Part shown: positions 56,344 to 64,000 of the stretch, piece after piece
Layout of the letters: each line of letters starts with the position of its first letter
How positions within the stretch are numbered: position 1 is the stretch's first letter
Assembly (NCBI GenBank): GCA_021815445.1
Contig: JAKAGM010000001.1
Location: 3,447 to 67,446 of the forward strand
Origin: a bacterium
GTDB taxonomy: Bacteria > Patescibacteriota > Patescibacteriia > UBA10025
Direction: 5' to 3'
DNA length: 64,000 nucleotides
Position numbers and translations under genes: made by a program
The notes under the pieces: model-generated
The model's database searches: none
The model's input: only the letters and a program-made list of their open reading frames with translations
Told to the model about the DNA's origin: nothing

Positions 56344-56538
56344 GCACCCTCCTTTTCAGAGAATTGTGTGATGGATCTTTATAAAGATCAAATCGTACAG
56401 GTTCTTTTAACCACGGGCTGGAGAATGTGTCAATATCTTCCTTTTTCGTAGCAAGGACCTTTAGGTCCGACGCCCCAACTACATTGTTGCTGTGGGTCTA
56501 AAGACCCTTGCTACACAGTCGATGTTCCGCTACACTGA

Positions 56539-59500
56539 GTGTACTTCCCTGATATGGAAGCACCACAAAAGCCCGTAAAAACCCGCGCGTCTGTTCCAAA
56601 CTTCCCCAAACTTGAGGAAGGCGTTTTAGATTTTTGGGATAAAGAGCGGATTTTCCAAAAGACGCTCGAAAAGACGGCCGGCGGAAAACGGTTTGTTTTC
56701 TTTGAAGGCCCGCCGACAGCGAACGGATTGCCCGGCATCCACCATGTGATTGCGCGTGCGTTTAAAGATATTATCGTCCGGTACAAAGCGCTCCGCGGTT
56801 TTTTTGTCGAGCGCAAAGCCGGCTGGGACACGCACGGCCTGCCTGTGGAAATCCAAGTCGAGAAAGCGCTGAAACTTTCCGGGAAAAAACAGATCGAGGA
56901 CTACGGGATAGAAAAGTTTAACGCGAAATGCAAAGAGAGCGTTCTGGAATACAAAAAAGAGTGGGAAACGCTCACCAAGCGCATCGGATTTTGGCTCGAT
57001 ATGGAGCATCCATACATGACCTATACGAATGATTACATCGAATCGCTCTGGTGGCTTATCAGGCAGATTTGGAGCAAAGGGCTGCTCTATAAAGGACACA
57101 AGGTAGTCCCGCACTGTCCGCGTTGCGGTACGGCGTTATCGAGCCACGAAGTGGCGCAGGGATATAAGGATGTGACTGAAGATTCTGTCTTTGTGAAATT
57201 CGAGGTAAAAAATCCAGAAAGGGTTGGGATGAAGGGCCCATTATTTATTCTTTCATGGACGACTACACCGTGGACACTGCCGGGGAATGTTGCGCTTGCG
57301 GTGGGAGCGGATATTAAATATGTTGCAGTCACGATTGGTAGTGAAACATATATTCTTGCTGAGGACAGGGTTAGTTCGGTAATTGAATTTCCACTTGGGA
57401 AAAAACTTGAGTCAGAAAAACCCTTAGACCCGAGCACAAAAATACAAAAGGGCTTAAAAGGAAAAGATCTCGTCGGACTGGAGTATGAACCCCTCTATCC
57501 AGTAATCCCCCTCGAAGGAAAAAAAGCCTATTACGTCGCTCCGGCAGACTTTGTAACCACTGATGAGGGAACGGGCGTGGTGCATACCGCTGTCATGTAC
57601 GGCGAAGATGACTACACTCTCGGAGAAAAGCTTGATTTGCCTAAGCATCATACAGTTCACCGCGACGGTACATTCACCGACGAATTGCCAAAATGGAAAG
57701 GCATGTTTGTCAAAGATGCCGAGAAAGATATTATTGAGGATCTCCGTTCACGAGGCCTACTTTATAATGCGGTTTCGCATACACATTCATACCCCTTTTG
57801 CTGGCGATGCGGCACGCCGCTTCTCTATTACGCGAAAGACAGCTGGTTTATCGCGATGTCAAAGCTTCGTGAACAACTGGTGGCGAATAACCAGCAGATC
57901 AACTGGGTTCCGTCACATATTAAAGATGGCCGGTTCGGAGAATGGCTCAAAGAGGTGAAAGATTGGGCATTCTCGCGCGAACGGTATTGGGGGACACCAT
58001 TACCTATTTGGGAGTCAGCTAACGGCGAAAAAATCTGTGTCGGTTCATACGAGGAACTCCGTTCCTTAGCGAAAGACAAATCATTGGTGGGGGAGACATT
58101 TGACCCTCATAGGCCGTTTGTCGATAACATAACTCTCGTCAAAAATGGTAAAGAATATACACGCGTGAACGAAGTCATCGACGTGTGGTTTGATTCGGGA
58201 TCGATGCCGTTTGCCCAGTGGCACTACCCGTTCGAAAACGCTGAGCGGGTTGACGGCGGACTCAGTTTTCCCGCCGACTATATTTCAGAAGCGATTGACC
58301 AGACGCGGGGATGGTTTTATACCCTTCTCGCAATTTCCACATTACTCGGCAAGGGCGCTCCGTATAAAAACGTCATCTGCCTCGGGCATATTTTAGATGA
58401 AAAAGGCCAGAAGATGTCGAAGTCAAAAGGAAACATCTTGAAACCGTACGACGTGATTGATACATACGGGGCTGACCCGCTCCGCATGTATCTCGCCACG
58501 ATGAACCCGCCGGGCGAACCGAAGCGGTTCGATACCAAAGGACTTGATGAAGTGGTCAAAAAATATTTCTTTACGCTCTGGAATGTCACTGAGTTCTATT
58601 TGCTGTATGCTAGCCATGGTCCGGCAGCCGAGATTAAGCCGGTGGACGTTCTCGACAGGTATATCCTTGCGCGGCTGGCACAGCTCGTGGAGCAGGCGAC
58701 ACGGGCATTTGACGCGTTCGATGTCTATACAGTCGGCCGGAAACTGATGGAGTTCGCCACGGAGCTGTCCACGTGGTACGTGAGACGGTCGCGGGAACGG
58801 TTCAAACATGGCGGCGAGGAAGCCCAGCAGGCTGTCAGCACATTGGGGAAGGTGCTCAAAACCCTCGCGCAACTTATGGCCCCATTAACGCCGATGTACG
58901 CCGATATTATCTGGAAAAAACTCGATCCACAGGCAGTTTCCGTGCACTTGAGTTCGTGGCCGGAAAGCGGGGGAGACGCAGATGAGGATTTACTCGATGC
59001 CATGGAAACAGTGCGCCTCGTCAGCGAGCTTGGGCATGCCCTGAGAGCCGAACACGCTTTGCGCGTACGCCAGCCATTGCCGCAGTGCGTGCTCATCGGC
59101 AAACGGATTCCCGACGCATTTATCCGCCTCGTGGCAGAAGAGCTTAATGTAAAAGAGGTTAACTTTGGCACCAAGGCTCCTACAGGCACAGAGTTCGCCA
59201 AAAAAGAATCTGGCGGACTCACCGTGGTTCTCGATACCACCATCACTGACGAACTGCTCCAGGAAGGGATGCTGCGAGACATCATTCGCCATATCAATGC
59301 CCAACGCAAAGCACTCGGTTTTACACTTGCAGACACCGCGTGTATCACGTACGTTACGGAAGATGAAGATATTGTGAAACTCCTCGAACACTTTACCGAT
59401 GTATTACTCAAAGACACGCTGTCGTCTACGCTGCAGCATGCCGAGTCCGAGGAAAAGCTCGCCGGCGCCGGTGAGCCGCTCAAGGTGAAATACGGCACTG

Positions 59501-59553
59501 TGCGTTTTGGGTTGGAGAAAATTGCCGAAGCTTCATCCCGCTCAAACAGCTGA
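56539..59553 (+). CDS. ileS: Isoleucine--tRNA ligase (type 2, about 1000 aa)
   Basis: HIGH-region PPTANGLPGIHHV, KMSKSKGN, CP1 editing domain; no long C-terminal zinc-finger extension. Confidence 0.9.
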   Translation: MYFPDMEAPQKPVKTRASVPNFPKLEEGVLDFWDKERIFQKTLEKTAGGKRFVFFEGPPTANGLPGIHHVIARAFKDIIVRYKALRGFFVERKAGWDTHGLPVEIQVEKALKLSGKKQIEDYGIEKFNAKCKESVLEYKKEWETLTKRIGFWLDMEHPYMTYTNDYIESLWWLIRQIWSKGLLYKGHKVVPHCPRCGTALSSHEVAQGYKDVTEDSVFVKFEVKNPERVGMKGPLFILSWTTTPWTLPGNVALAVGADIKYVAVTIGSETYILAEDRVSSVIEFPLGKKLESEKPLDPSTKIQKGLKGKDLVGLEYEPLYPVIPLEGKKAYYVAPADFVTTDEGTGVVHTAVMYGEDDYTLGEKLDLPKHHTVHRDGTFTDELPKWKGMFVKDAEKDIIEDLRSRGLLYNAVSHTHSYPFCWRCGTPLLYYAKDSWFIAMSKLREQLVANNQQINWVPSHIKDGRFGEWLKEVKDWAFSRERYWGTPLPIWESANGEKICVGSYEELRSLAKDKSLVGETFDPHRPFVDNITLVKNGKEYTRVNEVIDVWFDSGSMPFAQWHYPFENAERVDGGLSFPADYISEAIDQTRGWFYTLLAISTLLGKGAPYKNVICLGHILDEKGQKMSKSKGNILKPYDVIDTYGADPLRMYLATMNPPGEPKRFDTKGLDEVVKKYFFTLWNVTEFYLLYASHGPAAEIKPVDVLDRYILARLAQLVEQATRAFDAFDVYTVGRKLMEFATELSTWYVRRSRERFKHGGEEAQQAVSTLGKVLKTLAQLMAPLTPMYADIIWKKLDPQAVSVHLSSWPESGGDADEDLLDAMETVRLVSELGHALRAEHALRVRQPLPQCVLIGKRIPDAFIRLVAEELNVKEVNFGTKAPTGTEFAKKESGGLTVVLDTTITDELLQEGMLRDIIRHINAQRKALGFTLADTACITYVTEDEDIVKLLEHFTDVLLKDTLSSTLQHAESEEKLAGAGEPLKVKYGTVRFGLEKIAEASSRSNS

Positions 59554-59558
59554 ACGCC

Positions 59559-60314
59559 ATGGCAACTTTTTCTACTGAAGGCGTCGTGCTCTCCCATTCG
59601 TCGCCTACCGATTCAGGAAGGCTAGTGACGCTGTATACCTGGGGGCACGGCAAGCTCCAAGCGCGCCTCCGTGGAAGCCATAAGACACTCAGTAAGCTCG
59701 CAGGGAACATGGAGCCGTTTTGCGACGGGCTTTTTTTCCTTGCCCACGGGCCGGGCGGGTACACTGTTATCGGCGTCGATGCCGCCTCGCCGCGGAGCGC
59801 GCTCAAGCGAAAGCTCCAGACGACGGCCGCTGCAAGCATCGTTGCGGAAGCTGTCATACGCCTTACGCATGACCAGCAGCCTGACCGCAGGCTTTTTGCC
59901 GTCGTACAGTCCGTCTTTTCTTTTCTTGACCAGAAAGCGCTTCGGACAGGATCTCTCTTGCTCCTCATCACATGGTTTTTCCTCCGTTTCTTTTCTTTGC
60001 AGGGAAGCGGACTCGAGTTTTCACAATGCGTGCGCTGCAGGAAAAAGCTCACCCCCGGGACGCTCAGCATTAGTTTCTCGCTTGGCGGCGCTCTCTGCGG
60101 AGAATGCGGGAGACTGACTTCCGATGCGCAAGCTTTGCGGGCTGATACGCTCAAGCTTTTTCGCCTCCTCAACGAGGCTCCGCTCGCTGACGTCCTTCGT
60201 GTAAAGACTTCGACAGCCAGCCTTGTCCAGGCGCTCAACGTCGTTTCACGGCTGTATCGCTATCACCTCGAGGATAGCTCGCCGGCGCAACAATTCTTTC
60301 AGGCGCTCTCCTGA
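59559..60314 (+). CDS. recO: DNA repair protein RecO
   Basis: OB-fold N-terminus and C-terminal zinc-binding CVRCRK...CGEC. Confidence 0.75.
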   Translation: MATFSTEGVVLSHSSPTDSGRLVTLYTWGHGKLQARLRGSHKTLSKLAGNMEPFCDGLFFLAHGPGGYTVIGVDAASPRSALKRKLQTTAAASIVAEAVIRLTHDQQPDRRLFAVVQSVFSFLDQKALRTGSLLLLITWFFLRFFSLQGSGLEFSQCVRCRKKLTPGTLSISFSLGGALCGECGRLTSDAQALRADTLKLFRLLNEAPLADVLRVKTSTASLVQALNVVSRLYRYHLEDSSPAQQFFQALS

Positions 60315-60349
60315 GCAGTTGTTTATGGCACCGCTCCCTGCTATACTTT

Positions 60350-62335
60350 ATGCGTACCGAGCGTATGAAAAAAAACTATAAACCATTCACTCCCCCCAAG
60401 CGCCAGGCTTCGGAGGAGGAAGATGCAGACAAGGAACAACATATCCCGATACGCGATGTCCGCACTGATGACGTTCCCCGATCCGGCGTGAGGAAATTTT
60501 CAGTCAAGCGCATCGCTGAGATTTACCAGGACGACGGCAAGCTTCCTGACATGTCAAAAATAGTCCGCAAGGATCCGCACAGAAAGCGGACAGTATTCAC
60601 TTTGATCATCGTCGCGCTTGTGGTACTTCTCGGAGCTTCACTCGGGGGTTTTTATCTTTTTAACCAGAGTCGCAATACGTTCTCGGGAAACAACATTAAT
60701 GTGACCGTCAAGGGGCCGCAACTGGCGACATCAGGTGATGACATGACGCTCACTGTTACCATCCACAATGGCGAGAAGATCTCCCTCACGCATGGGGAGC
60801 TCACTGTGCTGTATCCTACGAATTTCCAGTTTGGCTCCGCCCAGCCGTCTCCTCTGGCTGACCGCCAGAATATCTGGGAGGTCGGGGATGTCGGTGCAGG
60901 GAAAGATATACAAATTGTGTTGCGCGGATCTCTTGTCGGGGAAGTGGGGGACAAGAAGCTTTTCTCTCTCACATTCGCCTATGTCCCGCAGAATTTCAAT
61001 TCCGAGTTTCAGGAATCCGTTAATTTTACCGTTACGCTCGGCTCATCAATCATCAGCTTGAAGCTTGATGCCCCTTTGCGGGTCGGTGTAGGGAAAGACA
61101 GCGAATTTAAAATTACTTACCGCAACGAGTCAGATAAAGATATTGATCGTGTCCGCATCCAGGCGACCTATCCTGACGGGTTTTCTGTCATCAGCAGCGC
61201 ACCGCAAGCCAAAGAGGGGACAAACGTCTGGGATATCGACAAGCTGAAAAGCGGGGAGAGCGGCACCATCTCCATCCACGGCACGTTGGCGGGCAACGGA
61301 GGGGAAAATAAGGAGTTTAAAGTACAGGCAGGTCTACTCGCCCAGGACAATACCTTCCGCCTCCAAGTGGAAAAATCCGCGCTTATTCTCCTGCTCAAGC
61401 CGGAGCTTTCGCTCACCCTTACGGCGGGCGGCAGTGAAAAAGGCGGTATCGCCGCACTTGGGGATCTCATTTCATATTCCCTCGCGTACACTAATAACGG
61501 CGATGTCGAGGTGAAAAATGTCGAAATCACCGTCACGCTCGCGTCTCCTATTGTCGACTGGGATCATATCATCGACCCGCAGAAAGGCAAAATGGATGCT
61601 ACGACGATTACCTGGACATCCGACCAAATTGCCGCGCTGGCTTCAGTGAAACCGAACGAAGGCAGTACAATTACTTTTTCGGTGCCAGTCATGTCCGCGC
61701 TGACCGCCAAGACGCTTGCGAAAAACCTTTCACTTATCGCGAGCGCCAAGGCAAAGTCGCAGAAGGTCACTGACCTCGAGGGGCAGGCATTTGAGACCGA
61801 GAGCAACACGACGGTGACGAAGATAGCCAGTACCTTCACGTTCAAGGCCGAGGCGCGGTATTACAATGACGAATTTCTCCAGGTGGGTTACGGTCCGCTC
61901 CCGCCCACTGTCGGTCAAAAAACCACCTACAGGATTTTTTGGAACCTTGCGAATACGAGCAACGAAGTGACTGACGTTGTGGTAAAGACGACGTTGCCGG
62001 ATAATGTCATCTGGACGGGGACGACATCGGTGTCTGCGGGCGAGAAGCTTGTCTATGACGATGCCGCGCGCACAGTAACGTGGAAAATCAACAGAATCCC
62101 TGTCGGCGTAGGGATTACTCTCCCCGAGCTTGAGGCGTACTTCGATCTGACGGTGACGCCCACCTCAGCGGATGTCGGCAAAATACTCGTCTTGAGCGAA
62201 AAGTCCGAGGCGACGGGCGTCGATTCATATACCGAGCAGAAGCTCGATATCACGAAGGAGCTTCTCACCACTGACTTAAGCTCAGACCCCAACGCCAAGG
62301 GAAAGGGGATAGTCGCCGAGGCAAAGACGCCGTAG
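60350..62335 (+). CDS. Membrane-anchored protein with multiple Ig-like (DUF11/CARDB-like) beta-sandwich repeats
   Basis: Basic cytoplasmic N-terminus, one TM (FTLIIVALVVLLGASLGGFYLF), then about 560 aa of repeated beta-rich modules. Confidence 0.45.
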   Translation: MRTERMKKNYKPFTPPKRQASEEEDADKEQHIPIRDVRTDDVPRSGVRKFSVKRIAEIYQDDGKLPDMSKIVRKDPHRKRTVFTLIIVALVVLLGASLGGFYLFNQSRNTFSGNNINVTVKGPQLATSGDDMTLTVTIHNGEKISLTHGELTVLYPTNFQFGSAQPSPLADRQNIWEVGDVGAGKDIQIVLRGSLVGEVGDKKLFSLTFAYVPQNFNSEFQESVNFTVTLGSSIISLKLDAPLRVGVGKDSEFKITYRNESDKDIDRVRIQATYPDGFSVISSAPQAKEGTNVWDIDKLKSGESGTISIHGTLAGNGGENKEFKVQAGLLAQDNTFRLQVEKSALILLLKPELSLTLTAGGSEKGGIAALGDLISYSLAYTNNGDVEVKNVEITVTLASPIVDWDHIIDPQKGKMDATTITWTSDQIAALASVKPNEGSTITFSVPVMSALTAKTLAKNLSLIASAKAKSQKVTDLEGQAFETESNTTVTKIASTFTFKAEARYYNDEFLQVGYGPLPPTVGQKTTYRIFWNLANTSNEVTDVVVKTTLPDNVIWTGTTSVSAGEKLVYDDAARTVTWKINRIPVGVGITLPELEAYFDLTVTPTSADVGKILVLSEKSEATGVDSYTEQKLDITKELLTTDLSSDPNAKGKGIVAEAKTP

Positions 62336-62708
62336 GAACATTGAGCGTAGAAGTATTTATTTATCCCACCACTCCGAGCTTGCCTGCCCGCCCCTGGAGG
62401 GACCCGGAGTCCCGTTGTCGTACTTCGGAATGCTGAGCCCAATAGACAGTCTTTGCTGCGGGAAAAAAGTGTGTGTAACAAGGACCTTTAGGTTCGTAAG
62501 CCAGCGGCCATTTTCGCCAGCTCTTGGCAGTCTTGACAAAAACCCCAGGATATGATAGTATACGCGGTTACGCTAGTACTTCTTTATGTTCTTTGATAAC
62601 TCGCTTACGCAGTTAGTTCGCAGTTAACGCACAGCAGTAATTGGACATAACGTCCATCGTCTCCAACAAACGGTCTTCACCGCATGGTGCAAGGCTAAGG
62701 GAGGTCCC

Positions 62709-63731
62709 GTGGAAAGCAAGAGTCACGTAGTTGTGGTCCCCAACGAGCTGACCATTGACAAGATGTTTTCACTCTTTGTGTACACGAGGGAGGTTCTTGG
62801 GTTTACCCTCGAACAAATGGACATCCACTTCGAGGATGAATATCTCGGGAAGGGTATTCCTGAAGGCATCCCTGACATTGACGTCAGGCAAAAGTACAAC
62901 AAGCGCGGGTTCGGATCCGCGCTGGAGTGCCTCGCCAGGGTATTTCCGAAACTCCACCGGGTACTCGGCATGGATCACCTCATTGATATCCTGAACAGGA
63001 ACAACAAGACAGGATATCTCAAATCTGACTCGTTGAGCCTCGTATGGCTTATTCGCCAAATGCCCCGCCTGGCTCACAACTGCTCACCACGGCAGCACCG
63101 GCTGTACATCATCGGACTATTCTGGTCGGTGTGCGAGATCTACTTCGCTGCCGCACAGAACGACGAAAACTGTGGTCTTGATACCGTAACCTCGCTTCAA
63201 AACCCTTTCACGATGGAGGGGTACATGAAGATGTGGGACACCATCGAGTCGGCGTATGAGGGCGATCCGCGCTTCAGTGAGTTCGACGAACTGTTCACTC
63301 GGGCTGACGCACGCGAGGAGCAGGCCCAGGAGCGAGCGATCGCAATCCAGCCGACGCACACCTTCGAGGTGAGATCCATCAACGGCGGCAAGGTTGTCGG
63401 TCACTACATCGAGAGCGATGACGATCGCGTCCCGCGCCGGTATTTTCACCTACATCCTGAAGTTCTGGTGCTGTTGGCGCGGAAACCGGAAAAGCGGAAC
63501 TACGCCGTGTTTACTCGCGGCAGTCAGAACCTCAATCCGTTGTTCCAGGCTCTCTCGAACCAGGAGCCGGATCGCTGGGATCTGGTTCCCGGAGGAGGCA
63601 GTGCAATGCTGCTCAACGGATCCAGCACTCGTGCGCGCCAGGCTTCGGACTTGAAGCCATTGGAGCTGATTGAGCTCGTCACCACTCATCTCCGGTATCG
63701 GTCGCGCAGTGAGGCAAGGCGGCGCAAGTAG
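62709..63731 (+). CDS. Hypothetical protein (about 340 aa)
   Basis: Long ORF with typical codon usage; no motif recognised; followed by a terminator. Confidence 0.4.
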   Translation: MESKSHVVVVPNELTIDKMFSLFVYTREVLGFTLEQMDIHFEDEYLGKGIPEGIPDIDVRQKYNKRGFGSALECLARVFPKLHRVLGMDHLIDILNRNNKTGYLKSDSLSLVWLIRQMPRLAHNCSPRQHRLYIIGLFWSVCEIYFAAAQNDENCGLDTVTSLQNPFTMEGYMKMWDTIESAYEGDPRFSEFDELFTRADAREEQAQERAIAIQPTHTFEVRSINGGKVVGHYIESDDDRVPRRYFHLHPEVLVLLARKPEKRNYAVFTRGSQNLNPLFQALSNQEPDRWDLVPGGGSAMLLNGSSTRARQASDLKPLELIELVTTHLRYRSRSEARRRK

Positions 63732-63757
63732 CGTCGCGCGTAAGCAAGTTGGACATG

Positions 63758-63808
63758 GCCCGGGGTCACGAGACATTTCGTCTTTGTGACCGCCGGGCTT
63801 TTTTCTTA
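63758..63808 (+). terminator. Rho-independent terminator
   Basis: GGCCCGG-GTCACGAGAC-ATTTC-GTCTTTGTGAC-CGCCGGGC nested hairpin followed by TTTTTTCTT. Confidence 0.55.
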
Positions 63809-64000
63809 TTTATTAAGTCCACCAGTTTGAGCTGGTGAATTAGTTTTTATAGTATTAGACTGTGAGCGTCGCTGTGACTTGGAAGAAAGAAAATAACTGC
63901 CCCTCCGGGGCGGGCTCCACTTTTCTTTGCTCGTCCAAAAAAAAGTGGAGAGAAAAGAAAAGACGTCGCGGCGCAAACTCGGCCGTTTGGTCTATATCAT

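Noticed and set aside
1-64000. CRISPR arrays, rRNA genes, prophage
   Set aside because: No regularly spaced direct repeats with unique spacers, no rRNA-like conserved stretches and no capsid/terminase/integrase genes were seen on either strand. The only mobile-element gene is the isolated IS200/RAYT-like ORF.

Overview
A roughly 55% GC bacterial chromosomal segment. The gene content is compatible with a small-genome uncultivated lineage, possibly CPR/Patescibacteria-like, but this is my guess and cannot be checked from the sequence alone.

Housekeeping core:
- Cell division and RNA processing: ybeY-dgkA, ftsA-ftsZ.
- Nucleotide metabolism: nrdR followed by a class II (B12-dependent) ribonucleotide reductase.
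- Translation: glnA, prfB with its conserved +1 programmed frameshift, infC-rpmI-rplT (infC starts with AUU), smpB plus tmRNA, tRNA-Asp, argS, ileS, recO.
- Central metabolism: fbaB-type class I aldolase plus glpX, malQ.
- Transport and other: PiT plus DUF47, NUDIX.

Interleaved with this core are many membrane-anchored or secreted proteins of unknown function:
- three tandem TSP3-repeat proteins;
- two paralogs sharing an identical 140-bp 5' module;
- an M23/VCBS protein carrying a T9SS-type C-terminal domain;
- a giant NHL/FG-GAP protein;
- an SPFH protein followed by a 3-gene hypothetical cluster.

Main hunt results:
(a) A vitamin B12 scavenge-and-use module: a cobalamin riboswitch controlling a transcobalamin-like DUF4430 protein and a small permease, a CobA/BtuR-type corrinoid adenosyltransferase, and nrdR-nrdJ.
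(b) A TrpR-like (YerC/YecD family) regulator whose gene, malQ and two small membrane-protein genes are each preceded by the same roughly 30-bp GTTAAC-centred palindrome, predicting a small regulon.
(c) An uncharacterised locus next to smpB-tmRNA: a radical SAM/SPASM enzyme, an AT-rich Cys-containing small protein, an AstE/AspA-like zinc hydrolase, a GSP-synthetase-like ATP-grasp ligase and a second small protein. I read this as a candidate novel peptide or small-molecule modification system.
(d) tRNA-Asp followed by two tandem partial copies of its own 3' end, plus a promoter-to-terminator unit containing only the 5' part of a tRNA-Pro.
(e) A GIY-YIG gene in an AT-rich islet wedged between the tmRNA 3' end and infC.
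(f) A roughly 75-bp repeat flanking prfB on both sides.

No CRISPR array and no rRNA were seen.
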